A stretch of 64,000 bases of DNA, taken from assembly GCA_030390025.1 (NCBI GenBank), contig CM059432.1, positions 3,720,001 through 3,784,000 on the forward strand, given 5' to 3'. Below the pieces are notes generated by a model. That model was given only the letters and a program-made list of their open reading frames with translations, searched no databases and had not been told where the DNA came from. Within the stretch, counting starts at the first letter, position 1. Each line of letters starts with the position of its first letter. The DNA comes from Squalus acanthias (Eukaryota). Positions 36,659 through 50,633 of this stretch are shown here, piece by piece. Both the position numbers and the translations under genes were made by a program.

Positions 36659-39368
36659 ATCTCCGTAACATCGCCCGTCTCTGTCCCTGCCTCAGCTCAT
36701 CCGCTGCTGAAACCCTCATCCGTTTGTTACCTCTAGACTTGACTATTCCAACACACTCCTGGCTGGTCTCCCACATTCTACCCTACGTAAACTTGAGGTC
36801 ATCCAAAACTCGGCTGCCCGTGTCCTAACTCGCACCAAGTCCCGTTCGCCCGTCACCTCTGTGCTCGCTGACCTACACCGGCTCCCAGTTAAGCGACGCC
36901 TCGATTTCAAAATTCTCCTTGTTTTCAAATCCCTCCATGGCCTCGCCCCTTCCTATCTCTGTAATCTCCTCCAGCCCCACAACCCCCTGAGATACCTGCG
37001 CTCCTCTAATTCTGCCCTCTTGAGCATCCCCGATTATAATCACTCAACCACTGGTGGCCGTGCCTTCAGCTGCCAAGGCCCTAAGCTCTGGAATTCCCTC
37101 CCTGAACCTCTCCGCCTCTCTACCTCTCTCTCCTCCTTTAAGACGTCCCTTAAAACCTACCTGTTTGACTAAGCTTTTGGTCACCTGCCCTAATATCTCC
37201 TTATGTGGCTCGGCGCCTTGGGAAGTTTTACTATGTTAAAGACGCTATATAAAGACAAGTTGTTGTTGCTGTAGGCAAGGGCCTGACTTCCATTTGTTCA
37301 TTTGCAGAATTTTTTCCCCAATGCAACCCCTTTACTAAAGTCATTTGATCATAAAATCATAGAATCATAGAATCTTACAGGACAGAAGGCCATTCGGCCT
37401 GTCGTGCCTGTGCTGGCTCTTTGAAAGATCAGCCGTGCTCAGTCCCACATCCCCGCTTTTTGTCCGTAACCCTGTGAGCTCCTCATCCCCAAGAACCCGT
37501 CCAACTCCCGTTTAACATTATTGATGGAATCAGCTTCCACCACCTTTTCAGGTCGAGCGTTCCAGATCTCAACAACTCTCCGAGTGAATTACATAGAAAC
37601 ATAGAAACATAGAAGATAGGAGCAGGAGTAGGCCATTCAGCCCCTCGAGCCTGCTCCGCCATTTAATGAGATCATGGCTGATCATCCAAATTCAGTACCC
37701 TGTCCCTGCCTTCTCCCCATATCCCTTGATCCCTTTAGCCTTAAGAAATATATCTAACTCCTTCTTGAATATATTTAATGAATTGGCCTCTACTGCCTTC
37801 TGTGGTAGAGAATTCCACAGGTTCACCACTCTCTGGGTGAAGAAATTCCTCCTCATCTCAGTCCTAATGGCTTACCCCTTATCCTTAGACTGTGACCCCT
37901 GGTTCTGGACTCCCCCGGCCATTGGGAACATCCTTCCTGCATCTAGTCTGTCTAGTCCTGTTAGAATTTTATAAGTTTTAATGAGATCCCCTCTCATTCT
38001 TCTAAACTCCAGCGAGTATAAGCCCAATTAATTTCTCCTCATCTCCCCTTGAGATCTTTTGCCAATAATTTTGAATCTATGACCTCTGGTTATTGACCCA
38101 CTCGCCAGAGGGAATAATTTTTCCCCATTTACTCTAGCAAAACCTCTCATCGTCTTGAAAACCTCTATTATGTCACCGCTTAACCTTCTCTGTTCCAGGG
38201 AGAACAGTCCGAACTTTTCCCACTTCTCCTCGTAACTGTAGAGATGGGAGACAAAAAAGCAATTCACACCAAAGTTTTATCTCATTTTGATTGTAATTGT
38301 CCTCAGGGCGGCTCCTGCTCGGCCCGAAGTTTCCGGGCAGCGTTTGTGGGGCTGCAATGCTTCAGGTGGGGGAAGGAGTACAATCGTGGCGGCTCTTACA
38401 GCAGCGTAAAGTGGCCAATGGTGCCGTCTGAGGAAAAGATTCATCGTTTTTACATCTGCAATTGACTGCACTAAGCAAGGCGACCCTTAAGCTTTAAAAT
38501 CCCCCTTCAGGCTCCTGAGCAACACCAGATGCCAGAAATGCAACAGTATGGCCAAGGTGTTAATGATAGCAGGAAATCCAGGATCTGTTAGTGGTGAGCG
38601 GGGAGCTAGCTGAAAAAGAAAGTTTTGCATTTCTATAGCGCCTTTCTCGACCTCAGGATGTCCCAAAGCGCTTTACAGCCAATGAAGTACTTTTTGAAGT
38701 GTGGTCACTGTTGTAATGCATGAAACACGGCAGCCAATTTTCACACAGCAAGCTCCCACAAACAGCAATGTGATAACTGACCAGATAATCTGTTTTTAGT
38801 GCTGTTGGTTGAGGGGGTAACTATTTGCCAGGACACCGGAGATAACTCCCCTGCTCTTCTTCGAAATAGTGGCCATGGGATCTTTTACGTCCACCCGAGA
38901 GAGCAGACGGGGCCTCGGTTTAACATCAAGTCCAAAAGACGGCACCTCCGACAGTGCAGGGCTCCCTCAGCACTGCGCTGGAGTGTCAGCTTAGATTATG
39001 CGCTCAAGTCTCTGGAGTGGGACTCGAACCCACAACCTTCTGACTCGAGAGGCGAGAAGATGGGAATGAAATACTTTCACAAACCCTCTCCTTAACTATC
39101 CATTGCTTACATCTGTGACAGGATGATTATGTTGTCACTGACTAGGCTGGGAGACAGGTGTTTACTTTCCCTCTGGCTTATTGGTTCACCATATCGCATT
39201 CATTTTTTTTTTATTCGTTCCTGGGATGTGAGCGTCGCTGGCAAGGCACAGCATTTATTGCCCATCGCTAATCGCCCTTGAGAAGGTGGTGGCGAGCCGC
39301 CTTCTTGAACCGCTGCGGTCTGTGTGTTGAAGGTGCTCCCACAGTGCTGTTAGGGAGGGGGTTCCAGG
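36659..39368. mobile_element. L2 (36659-37270 +), stacked CR1 pieces (37354-38245 -), Deu-SINE (38619-39058 -), family B tail (39205-39368 -)
   Basis: Family motifs as above. Confidence 0.8.
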
Positions 39369-40589
39369 TTATTCTCAAGGGGCCCGTGTTAAGTGAAATC
39401 GTTTTATTTAGAATGCGGCGCTGTTTCTAGGGAGTAAGTAGCAGACTTCAATTAACCATTACCAACTTAGTGAAAAAGAATGCCATTGAACTGAAATTAA
39501 GTGGACCCTTTACGAATGAGTGAACAGTTCACATCTGACTTACTCCAGTATGCACCAAGCCCTTTGATGTGGCTACTTTAATGTTCTCGCTATTGTGAGG
39601 CCTTTTCACTTCATATTTTCTTTATCTTCACATGACGAAGATGTTAAAGTATGTTGGAGAGGAAAAAGAAAACCACAAGGCCGTCAAAGAGCAATTTGGG
39701 AAAAGGAATCACGTCCCTGAAATCCTCTCGTGAGTCCGCTCCTGCTCAGTGATGGTATGTACGCTGGCCGATAACACAAACACTGCTGCACGCAGATGCC
39801 TTTATGCTTCTGATTTACGATATTACTTCTGCCTCGTGTCATCTGCAGTCCAACGAGCTGCAGAGAAGCCTGCAGGAGTTGACACTGTTTCTGCAGAATG
39901 CCTCCACAGGAATTAATCATTGTACGAAAATAACGGCCCGTCGAAAGCTGACAACTCGGTTCCTAAATCCAAACTGATTGGGCTTTGCATAATAGGCATG
40001 TATTTACATAATGTATTTTGCCAGGAGCTAACTGTTGTAGAACTGAAACGAAAATCGTAGAGTGTGTACCCAAAAGAAAATGGGTTGCATGCAAATGATT
40101 CACTTGTAAAATAGGATTTCTTTCGTTTAGCCATCCAGACAGCTTTAAGCTTTTTGACGATCATTGCCCTTGATTGACTGTTGTGTTGGACAAAGATTCT
40201 TCATTCAACTGAACACAAATGGCAGGACATTTTTAGTTATGAAGGACAAAATAAAATCTCGTGTCTGCTTCAATATGCCGCAGATATCCTTCTGAGGCAG
40301 AGTTTAATGGGGAGCATTGTGTCCAATCACTCAGGCATGTGTCGTGCCATCTGAGGGCCTTTCCATTCAATTGACGTTTTCCAGATTCTGCCTCATGAAT
40401 CCGCAAGTATGTATCTCACTCCATCGCTAACAAAGGAGCCGTGCAGATTTGATCTGAGTGCTCGATTCATATTATTTCCGTTACCAATAGGGATTGTGAT
40501 CTGTAGAAAAAAAAACTATAAATAAGAGAAAATGAAAATGGTGTTGAGATACATCAATAAAATGGGCCTCCGATCCTTCGTCCCACAGA

Positions 40590-41433
40590 GGGCTGGATTT
40601 TCATTGACCTGTGGAGGCGGGTTTGGAGGCGTGTGGGGGGATAAAGCTGCAGATTCGGGGGTCCCGAACCCATCCCGCCCCTAACCCGCCTCCATGCCAG
40701 TTTTGCTGGAGGCGGGTACCCGACCTGTGCTGGGACCCGCCTCCCCGAGGCGGGAAGGGGATTAGTGGCAATAAACTGCCTGTTAACAGGTAGTTAACAG
40801 GCAGGTTTTTGCCTATTTCCTATTTTGAAAGCTGAAATGTGGGCTTCCCGACAGGTCCCAACCACGCCAAGTTAGCGAGGCGGACTGTGGGTCTGCAGGG
40901 GTTGGAGGGGTCGATATGTCCGGTGGGCAGGTGAGTGATGGGTGCATGTGGGCAGAGGTAAGTGTGTAAGGTAAGTGTAATGTGTGGGAAAACGTTTTAC
41001 TTACCTTAACTTCCTCCTGCAGGTGTCAGCCCTTCAGGTCTCGGGAGTCAGAAATCTCACCGGCACAGAAAGCAGAAAGGCCGTGGTGCTGTCAAAAACT
41101 GCAGCCTCTGTTTTCTGTGCTGGAATGATTTCTAACTCAGCCTGAGAGGAAGGACTCAAGTTAGAAGACAGATTGTCAGTGTTTGACAGCTTCACAGAGC
41201 TGTCAAACGCTGATATTTCATCTGTCAAAAGCTCTTGACAGATGAAATGTCAATCTGTGACATCACCTGTTGCCGGATGGCCCTTGATTGGCCTGCTAAA
41301 CCCGCTGGGCGGGCTCAACAAGGTCAATCAAGTGAAAATGCAGTGGGTTGACCACAAGTCGATGGAAGCGGGACTACAACCCAAAAAGTGTGAGTCCCGC
41401 CTCCATCACGTCCCCAGTATCAAAATCCAGCCC
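40590..41433. mobile_element. Harbinger-type MITE, 844 bp
   Basis: Perfect 12-bp TIR GGGCTGGATTTT / AAAATCCAGCCC and 3-bp TSD AGA. Confidence 0.88.
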
Positions 41434-43202
41434 AGAGAGTTTGAACTCAGGTGGCTGCCACATTCTCGGCTCCGAGTCAGAAGGTCGTGGGCTCAAGTCC
41501 CACTCCAGAGACTTGAGCACAAAAAAAATCTAGGCTGACGCTTCACTGCAGTGCTGAGGGAGTGCCGCACTGTCGGATAATGACCAGGTCATCTGTTTTT
41601 TTAGTGATGTTGGTTGAGGGATAAATATTGGGCCCCAGGACACCGGGGAGAACTCCCCCTGCTCTTCTTCGAAATAGTGGCCATGGGACGTTTTACGTCC
41701 AGCTCAGAGGGCAGACGGGGCCTCGGTTTAACGTCTCATCCGAAAGAATCGACATTTGGCTAAGGTACTGGAGAACTATCAGAACCCAAGGAACCATAAT
41801 CTAGCGAGAAATTCGGCCTCAGCAGAGGATACATGCGGAAGACTGCGCACGATGAGGAGATTAAGAGAAAAAAAACTGCAGGTGCTGAAAAATCTGAAAT
41901 ACAAACAGAAGACTCTGGAAAGACACAACAGGTCCACCAGCATCTGAAAAAGGAACAGTTAACATTACAAGGGTCGACATTAAAGAACGCCATGATGAGC
42001 AGAAAGGTCAACCACCCAGTTGAAAGGTCAGAGAAGCAATGCTTACTCACCTGCACCAACCAACTTTCTGAATATCCAGTGTAGGACAGACAACTTCTCT
42101 CACTGAGATTGGGGGATGGTCACAAGCATTTTTACATAGAATTACACAGACATTTACTGCACAGTAACAGGCCCTTCGGCCCAACCGGTCCGTGCCGGTG
42201 TTTCTGCTCCACACGAGCCCCCTCCCACCCCTCTTCATCTCACCCCATCAGCATAACCTTCGATTCCTTTCACTCTCATGTGTTTATCTAGCTTCCCCTT
42301 AAATGTATCTGTGCTATTCGCCTCAATCACTCCCTGTGGTAGCGAGTTCCACATTCTCACCACTCTCTGGGTAAAGATGTTTCTCCTGAGTTCTTTAATT
42401 GGATTTATTTTAAAACTAGCATTCTCTATTTTTACTCCAAGTATTGCTTAGAAAGTAATCCTTTCACGCATTAAGCAACAAGTAAGGAAGGGTAGAAAAA
42501 TAGATAATACTTGGGCCAGAGAAAATATTTCAGTGACGTGCTATCAAGCATGCAGTGATGAAGGGACACAGTTTCTTGCAGTGTGCGTTAACAATGTCCC
42601 CTTCTCTTTTAAGTAGCATGGGGGGTAACTTTCAACTTCAGCGGGATTAACTGGTGGGATTGAAGCAGCCCTCCGTTATACACCCCGCCCAATTTTAGGA
42701 ACATAGGCACAGGAGTAGCCAATTCAGCCCCTCGAGCCTGTTCCTCCATTCAATGAGATCATGGCTGATTTTCAAAATGGCAGCCGGGATCTTCTGTGAG
42801 TCATAGGACCCCAAATTTTCATATTAAATAGGGCCACCTTAGGCAGCATAGCACCAGTAGCCCCCTGGGGAAGATAGGGACAGCCATACCGCCAACGGGA
42901 GCAGGGTGACAAGTCATTTCCCGCTACTTTTGGGGTGCTACCACCCCACTTCTACCAAGCAGGAGGCTTCAAATTCTCCCCCACGGTATTAAAGGGAATG
43001 AATCAAAGAAGAGATTTGATAGAGGTGTTCAAAATCGTGAAGGGTTTAGACAGAGTAAATAAAGAGAAACAGTTTCCAATGGCTGAAGGGTCGAGAACCA
43101 GAGGGCACAGATTTAAGGTGATCGGCAAAAGAACCAGAGGGACATGAGGAAAAACCTTTTGTTACGCAACGAGTGGTTGGGATTTGGAATGCGCGGCCTG
43201 AT

Positions 43203-45245
43203 CTTCTTCTTAGGCAGACCCTCGGAGCCGAGGATGACTTGCTTCCACATTAAAAAATGAGTTCTCAGGTGACTGATGAGTCCAATGTGGGACCTACAGT
43301 CTCTGTCACAGGTGGCGCAGACAGTGGTTGAAGGGGCAGGTGGGTGGGGTGCTTGGGTTGACGTGCGCTCTTTGCGCTGCCTGCGCTTGGCTTCCGCTTG
43401 CTCCCGGCAAAGAGACTCGAGGTGTTCGGCGCCTTCCCGGATGCTTCTCCTCCACTTTGTGCGGTCTTGGGCTAAGGATTCCCAGGTGTCGGTGGGGATG
43501 TTGTACTTTTTCAAGGAGGCTTTGAGGGTGTCCTTGAAGCGTTTCCTCTGCCCAACTGGGGCTCTCTTGCCGTGTCGGAGCTCCGAGTAGAGCGCTTGTT
43601 TTGGGAGTCTTGTATCGGGCATTCAGACAATGTGTCCCGTCCATCGGAGCTGATCGAGTGTGGTCAAAGCTTCGATGCTGGGGGTGTTGGCCTGATCGAG
43701 AACACTGACATTGGTGCGCCTATCTTGCCAATGGATTTGCAGGATCTTGTGGAGGCAGCATTGGTGGTACCTCTCCAGTGCTTTGAGGTGCCTGCTGTAC
43801 ATGGTCCATGTCTCTGAGGCATACAGCAGGGCGGGTATCACTGCTCCTCTGTAGACCATGAGCTTAGTGCTGGGTTTGAGGTCCTGGTCTTCAAACACTC
43901 TCTTACTCAGGCGATCGAAGGCTGCACTGGCATACTGAAGGCGGTGTTGGATTTCGTCATCGACGTCTGCCCTTGTTGACAGTAGGCTCCCGAGGTATGG
44001 AAAGTGGTTCACGTTGTCCAAGGCCTTATCGTGGATTTTGATAATCAGGGGGCAGTACTGTGTGGCGGGGGCAGGTTGGTAGAGGACCTTTGTCTTACGG
44101 ATGTTTAGTGTAAGGCCCATGCTCTCGTACGCTTTGGTGAAGGTGTTGACAATGGTTTGGAGTTCGACCTCCGAGTGAGCGCAGACGCAAGCGTCGTCTG
44201 CATACTGTAATTCGACGACAGAGGAAGGGACGACCTTGAATCTGGACTGGAGGCGACGGAGGTTGAACAGTTTCCCGTTTGTTCTGTAAATTAGCTCCAC
44301 TCCAGTGGGGAGCTTACTGAGGGTGAGATGGAGCATTGCAGCAAGGAAGATCGAGAAGAGCGTTGGTGCGATGACACAGCCTTGGTTGACCCCAGTTCGT
44401 ACGTGAATTGGGTCTGTGGTGGAACTGTTGGTCAGGATCACGGCTTGCATGTCGTCGTGAAGCAGGCGGAGGATGGTGACAAACCTTTGAGGGCAGCCGA
44501 ATTTGAGGAGGACACTCCATAATCCCTCACGGTTGACAGTGTCGAAGGCCTTTGTGAGATCAAAGAAGGCCATGTACAGCGGTTGGTGCTGTTCCCTGCA
44601 TTTCTCTTGTAATTGATGTGCAGTGAAGATCATGTCCATTGTGCCCCTTAGTGGGCAGAATCCACATTGCGACTCTGGGAGGAGCTCTTCGGCCACTGGG
44701 AGAAGGCGATTGAGGAGGATTCTTGTGATGACTTTCCCTGTGGCAGAAAGCAGGGAAACTCCTCTGTAATTACTGCAATTGGACTTGTCACCTTTCTTGA
44801 AGATGGTCACAATTACGGCGTCTCTGAGATCCCCTGGCATGCTCTCCTCCTTCCAGATAAGAGAAATGAGTTCATGAATTCGCAGCAGTAGTGCTTCTCC
44901 GCCATGCTTTAGTGCCTCGGCGGGGATTCCATCTGCTCCTGAGGCCTTGTTGTTCTTCAGTTGTCGGATGGCCTTTTCAACCTCATGCCGGGCTAGGGTT
45001 GTGCTGAGATGGTGGCGGGTAGCATGCTGTGGGATGGAGTTGAGGACACTCGCGTCGAAGACAGAGTCGCGATTAAGGAGATCTTCGAAGTGTTCCTTCC
45101 AGCGGGCACTGACTGCCTCTCTGTCCTTGATGAGTACCTCTCCGTTCTTGGCCCGCAGTGGGGTAGGGCCTTGGGTGCTTGGGCCGTAGATGGTCTTGAC
45201 TGCGCTAAAGAATCCATGCACGTCGTGGTTGTCGGCTAGCTGTTG
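43203..45245 (-). mobile_element. RTE LINE, 5'-truncated, complete RT domain, inserted in a CR1 fragment
   Basis: KASGADGI, NYRGVSLLS, ESQCGF, FFDLTKAFDTV, GVNQGCVIAPTLF, YADD, YLGS. A single TGA at 43623 where another copy has Arg; (AAG)n tail. Confidence 0.95.
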
Positions 45246-45624
45246 GATAGGGTGGTGGATACAGAGTCAATAGTAGCCTTCAAAAGGGAATTGGATAAAT
45301 ACTTGGAAGAGAAAAATTGCTGGGATATGGGGAAAGAGTGGGAGAGTAGGACTAACTGGATTGCTCTTCGAAAGAGCCGGCACAGACTCGATGGGCCGAA
45401 TGGCCTCCTTCTGCGCTGTATTATTCTATGATTCTATTAAAGGGATGGCTCGGCGACAGAAAGTAGAGAGTAGGGGGTCCTCCTCGAAATTTTCCCATCT
45501 TTACACCAAATTGCCGGCCCCACTTGTATAAAAGGGGGGGTGCTAATGTGGCCAGTGCAGTTACCTAGCAACAGGACAGGATCATGAAGGGCAGAGGTCA
45601 GCGAAGGAAATATTTTAATTTTCT

Positions 45625-47023
45625 TATTCATTCCTGGGATGTGGGCGTTACTGGCAAGGCCAGCATTTATTGCCCATCTCTAATTGCCCTTGAGAAGGTG
45701 GTGGTGAGCCGCCTTCTTGAACCGCTGCAGTCCGTGTGGTGAAGGTGCTCCCACAGCGCTGTTAGGGAGGGAGTTCCAGGATTTTGACCCAGCGACGATG
45801 AAGGATCGACGATATACTTCCAAGTCAGGATGGTGTGTGACTTGGAGGGGAACTTGCAGGTGATGGTGTTCCCATTGTCCTTCTAGGTGGTAGAGGTCGC
45901 GGGTTTGGGAGGGGCTGCCGAAGAAGCTTTGGTGAGTTGCTTCTTGTAGATGGTACACACTGCAGCTACGGTGCACCGGTGGTGGAGGGAGTGAATGTTT
46001 AAGGTGGTGGATGGGATGCCAATCAAGCGGGCTGCTTTGTCCTGGATGATGTTGAGCTTCTTGAGTGTTGTTGCAGCTGCACTCATCCAGGCAAGTGGAG
46101 AGTATTCCATCACACTCCTGACTTGTGCTTTGTAGATGGTGGAAAGGCTTTGGGGAGTCAGGAGGTGAGACACTCGCCACAGAATACCCAGCCTCTGACC
46201 CACTCTTGTTGCCACAGTATTTATGTGGCTGGTCCAGTTAAGTTTCTGGTCAATGGTGACCCCCAGGATGTTGATAGAGGGGGATTCGGTGATAGTAATG
46301 CCGTTGAATGTCAAGGGGAGGTGGTTAGACTCTCTCTTGTTGGAGATAGTCATTGCCTGGCACTTGTGTGGCGCGAATGTTACCTGCCACTTATCAGCCC
46401 AAGCCTGGATGTCGTCCAGGTCTTACTGCATGCGGGCACGGACTGCTTCATAAGAACATAAGAACATAAGAAATAGGAGCAGGATTAGGCCATTCGGCCC
46501 CTTGAGCCTACACCGCCATTCAATGAGATCATGGCTGATCTTCTGCCTCAACTCCATTCACCGGCCCTATCGCCATATCCCTTGACGCCCTTACTAGTCA
46601 GAAATCTATCGACTTCTGTTTTGAATATACCCAATGACTGAGCCTCCACAGCCCTCTGGGGTAGAGAATTCCAAAGATTCTCCACCCTCTGTGTGAAGAA
46701 ATTTCTTCTCATCTCAGTCCTGAATGGCCTACTCTTTATCATGAGGCTGTGGCCCCTGGTTCTAGATTCCCCAGCCAAGGGAAACAACCTCTCAGCATCT
46801 ACCTCAGTCAATCCCCCTCAGAATCTTATATGTTTCAATGAGATCACCTCTCATTCTTCTAAACTCCAGAGAGTACAGGCCCAATCTGCACAATCTCTCC
46901 TCATAGGACAACCCTCTCACCCCAGGGATCAATCTACTGAACCTTCGTTGCACCGCCTCCAAGGCAAGTATATCCTTCCTCAGATAAGGAGACCAAAACT
47001 GTGCACAGTACTCCAGGTGTGGT
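45625..47023 (-). mobile_element. LINE family B (45625-46450) and CR1 (46449-47023) fragments
   Basis: ILGVTIDQKLNWTSHI; CR1 with CATAAGAA tail repeats. Confidence 0.85.
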
Positions 47024-47037
47024 CAACAATAAAGTTG

Positions 47038-47539
47038 TGATGTGGAGATGCCGGTGTTGGACTGGAGTGGACAAATGTGAGAAGTCGCACAACACCAGGT
47101 TATAGTCCAGCAGCTTTATTTGAAATCACAAGCTTTCGGAGCGCTGCTCCTTCGTCAGGTGAAGTGAAGAGATGCATATGGGCACAGCATATATAGTCAG
47201 AGAACACTGCCAGATGATTACAGTTAATCTTTCTAACTGCCCTTTATCACACCTCGGCAGAGAGATAATCACGGCAATCAAAGGTGTGGATGGTGTCCAA
47301 ACAGGTCAGTCAGGAAAACATTACATCAAAGACAATGAGGTGGGGTCACAAGGGGTCAATTGTGGCAGATGCTGGGGTCTGTATGGAAAACAAATTTTTT
47401 TTTTTACTGGTAATATATGCTGACTATATATGCTGTGCCTATATGCATCTCTTCACTTCACCTGACGAAGGAGCAGCGCTCCGAAAGCTTGTGATTTCAA
47501 ATAAAGCTGTTGGACTATAACCTGGTGTTGGGCGACTTC
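47038..47539. mobile_element. Fold-back Penelope-derived element, copy 2
   Basis: 120-bp inverted arms (47081-47200 / 47420-47539); 14-bp TSD CAACAATAAAGTTG (47024-47037, 47540-47553); hammerhead core at 47462-47490. Confidence 0.88.
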
Positions 47540-47849
47540 CAACAATAAAGTTGAGAGGTACTCAAAAATGGAACATTTATTTTATATCTCTATTGAGATT
47601 AATAAACCGATATTCCTTATCAGAAAAATATACAATATAACCTTTGGACACTTTAAATCGATCCTGGGGCACTGGCAGAGTGCTGTTGAAGTGGTGAGCT
47701 GAAAATTCTGAGCATTGTTCTCACCTTTTACTGGACCAGTGTGCCATCTGTCTCTGTGTTCGACACAATTGGAAGCAAGCTTTGTTTTCTGCGTCTCTTG
47801 CAGATTACAAATATAAAGGTGCTTTATGTCTGAACAAATCTCATTAACC

Positions 47850-49255
47850 ACACACTTTAGGAAGGATGTCAAGGCCTCGGAGAGGGTGCAGCAGAGATTT
47901 ACTCAACGGTCCCAGGGAATGAGGGACTTCAGCTACGTGGATAGACTGGAGAAGCCGGGATTGTTCTCCTTGGAGCAGAGAAGATTAAGGGGAGATTTGA
48001 TCGAGGTGTTCAAAATCATGAGGAGTGTGGATAGAGTAAATAAGGAGAAACTGTTTCCACTGGCAGAAGGGTCGGTAACCAGAGGACACAGATTTAAGAT
48101 AATTGGCTAAAGAACCAGAGGGGGAGATGAGAAGAATTTTTTTTATGCAGTGACTTGTTATGATCTGGAATGCGCTGCCTGAAAGGGCAGTGGGAGCAGA
48201 TTCAATAGTAACTTTCAAAAGGGGAATTGGATAAATACTTGAAGGGGAAAATTTTGCAGGGCTGTGGGGAAAGAGCAGGGGGTGTGTGGGACTTATGGGA
48301 TAGCTCTACCAAAGTGCCGGCACAGACTCGATCGGCCAAATGGCCTCCTTCTGTGCTGTATCATTCCATGATTCTAAGGCTATTAATGGGACACTGGACC
48401 ATGCTTGTTCCCAGCTTCACTCCTTTAGGAATTTTAAGTTGTGTACAATCTGTAAATGATGCAGAGAGGCGGAGAGGTTTAGGGAGGGAATTCCAGAGCT
48501 TGGGGCCCAGGCAGCTGAAGGCACGGCCGCCAATGGTGGAGCGATGAAAATCGGGGATGCTCAAGAGGTCAGAATTGGAGGAGCGCAGAGATTTGGGAGG
48601 GTTGTAGGGCTGGAGGAGGTTAACAGAGACTCATTGTGGAGTCAAATATAGGCTGAAATGCTGATAAAAAAAACCTAAAAGCGATTGGTTATGCTTTCAG
48701 CAGATATTTCACGAGCATGAAAATTTTAAAGGGTCACTGTCGCATGTCAGAATGTCCAGCATTACACTTTACAAGGTTCATTGCCATGCTTTATATAGTT
48801 TTGGGGTGGGCACACAATTAGATAATTTTCCCATCAGTCATTCCCGGAACATAGGAACAGGAGTAGGCATCTCAGCCCCTTCGAGCCTGTTCCTCCATTC
48901 AAATTAGATCATGGCTGATCTGTATTTTAACTCCATCTACCCGCTTTGGTTCCACATCCCTTGGCATCTTTATCCAACAGAAATCTATTAATCTCAGTCC
49001 TGAAAGTTTCAATTGACCCCCATCATCCACAGCCTTTTGGGGGAGAGAGTTGCAATTGCACTACCCTTTGTGTGAAGAAGTGCTTCCTGAGTTCACTCCT
49101 AAATGGCCTGGCTCTAACTTTAAGGTTATGCCCCCTTCTTCTGGACTCCCCCCACCAGATAAATAGTTTCTCTGCATCTATCCTATCGAATCTTTTTATA
49201 ATTTTAAGTACCTCGATTAGATCACCCCTTAACCTTCTAAACTCAAGGGAATGCA
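47850..49255. mobile_element. CR1 (47850-48375 +, 48848-49255 -) and L2 (48462-48625 -) fragments
   Basis: Family motifs as above. Confidence 0.8.
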
Positions 49256-49444
49256 AGTCATGTTTATGAGCAACCTGTTTATGGGCAATAAATTTTTTTT
49301 TGAAGGATATGAGGCGTTTTAGCAATTTTTTCCCTAGTTTTTCATGGCCGGCACCCCTGGGGTCTACCCCATTTCTCCATCATACCCCCCAGGGCCACAG
49401 TAACCCTCTCCACTTTGGCAGATTGTCTATGCCTCCCTCCCTCC

Positions 49445-49762
49445 TCTGCTATTCTGCTGTAACAATTCACAGCTCCTCTGGACCCATCCTTTGTTTCTTT
49501 ACTTGTCCCATTACCATCTCCTTTTGCCTCGCACCATCATCCCTTTTGTCATTTAATCACTGCTGCCCTCCACCCTATCACAGACCTTTCCCCGTTGTTC
49601 TTTCCCTGCCCACCTTTCCCCTGGCTCTGTACTTGCTTACAAACTGTTAAATCGTGAACATTTTCCAGTTCTGATGAAAGGTCATCGACCTGAAACGTTA
49701 ACTCTGTTTCTCTCTCCGCAGATGCTGCCTGACCTGCTGAGTATTTCCAGAATTTTCTGTTT
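49445..49762 (+). mobile_element. Penelope-like element 3' end containing a minimal hammerhead
   Basis: Matches 19485-19704; AGTT-CTGATGA-A-AGGTC atc GACCT-GAAA-CG-TT-AACT at 49667-49703. Confidence 0.82.
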
Positions 49763-50079
49763 AAGCTGTGCTTTACATTTATAGTCATAGTTTTATTATT
49801 GATTTTAACGGCATTTGAAAAAGACGCATTGTTAAATACATTTTGAGATCGTGTTTCACCTACCAGTATGTAATATTTATGTGGAACTGAATATAGCCCA
49901 ACCATCCGCTAACTTTTTGGAAAGCTGACTGCAGTTGAAGCATTTATGAGACGTCAACGTAATAAGTGGCATTGAAATATAAATGGGGCATGAAAAATGG
50001 AGCTCCTGCAATATTAATCCTCCATGGTGTCAGAGACAGAAAAAGCATCTAAGCAAAGTGTTAAAATTAATGGTGAGTT

Positions 50080-50633
50080 TTGTTACCCATAGACTCTAAA
50101 TTCGACTGTTCCAAGGCTCTCCTGGCTGACCTCCCACCTTGCACCCTCTGTAAACTCATCCAAATCTCTGCTGCCTCGTATCGAGTCCCGTTCACCCATC
50201 ACCCCCCCGTGCTCGCTGACCTACATTGGCTCCCGGTTTGGCAAAATTCTCATCCTTGTTTTCAAATCCCTCCATGGCCTCATCCGCTCCCTATCTCTGT
50301 AATCTTCTCCAACCCTACAACCCCGGAGATCTCTGCGCTCCTCCAATTCTGGCCTCTTGCACATCACCGATTTCCATCGCTCCACCATTGGCGGCCGTGC
50401 CTTCAGCTGCCTGAGCCCTAAGCTTTGGAATTCCCTCCCTAAACCTCTCCACCTCTCTCTCCTCCTTTAAGATGCTCCTTAAGACCTCCCTCTTTGACCA
50501 AGCTTTTGGTCACCTGTTCTAATATGTCCTTATCTGGCTTGGTGTCAAATTTTGTTTGATAATCGTTCCTGTGAAGCGCCTTGGGACGTTTTACTACATT
50601 AACTGTGCTATATAAATACAAGTTGTTGTTGTT
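50080..50633 (+). mobile_element. L2 3' fragment
   Basis: PVLADLHWLPV; (TTG)n tail. Confidence 0.85.
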
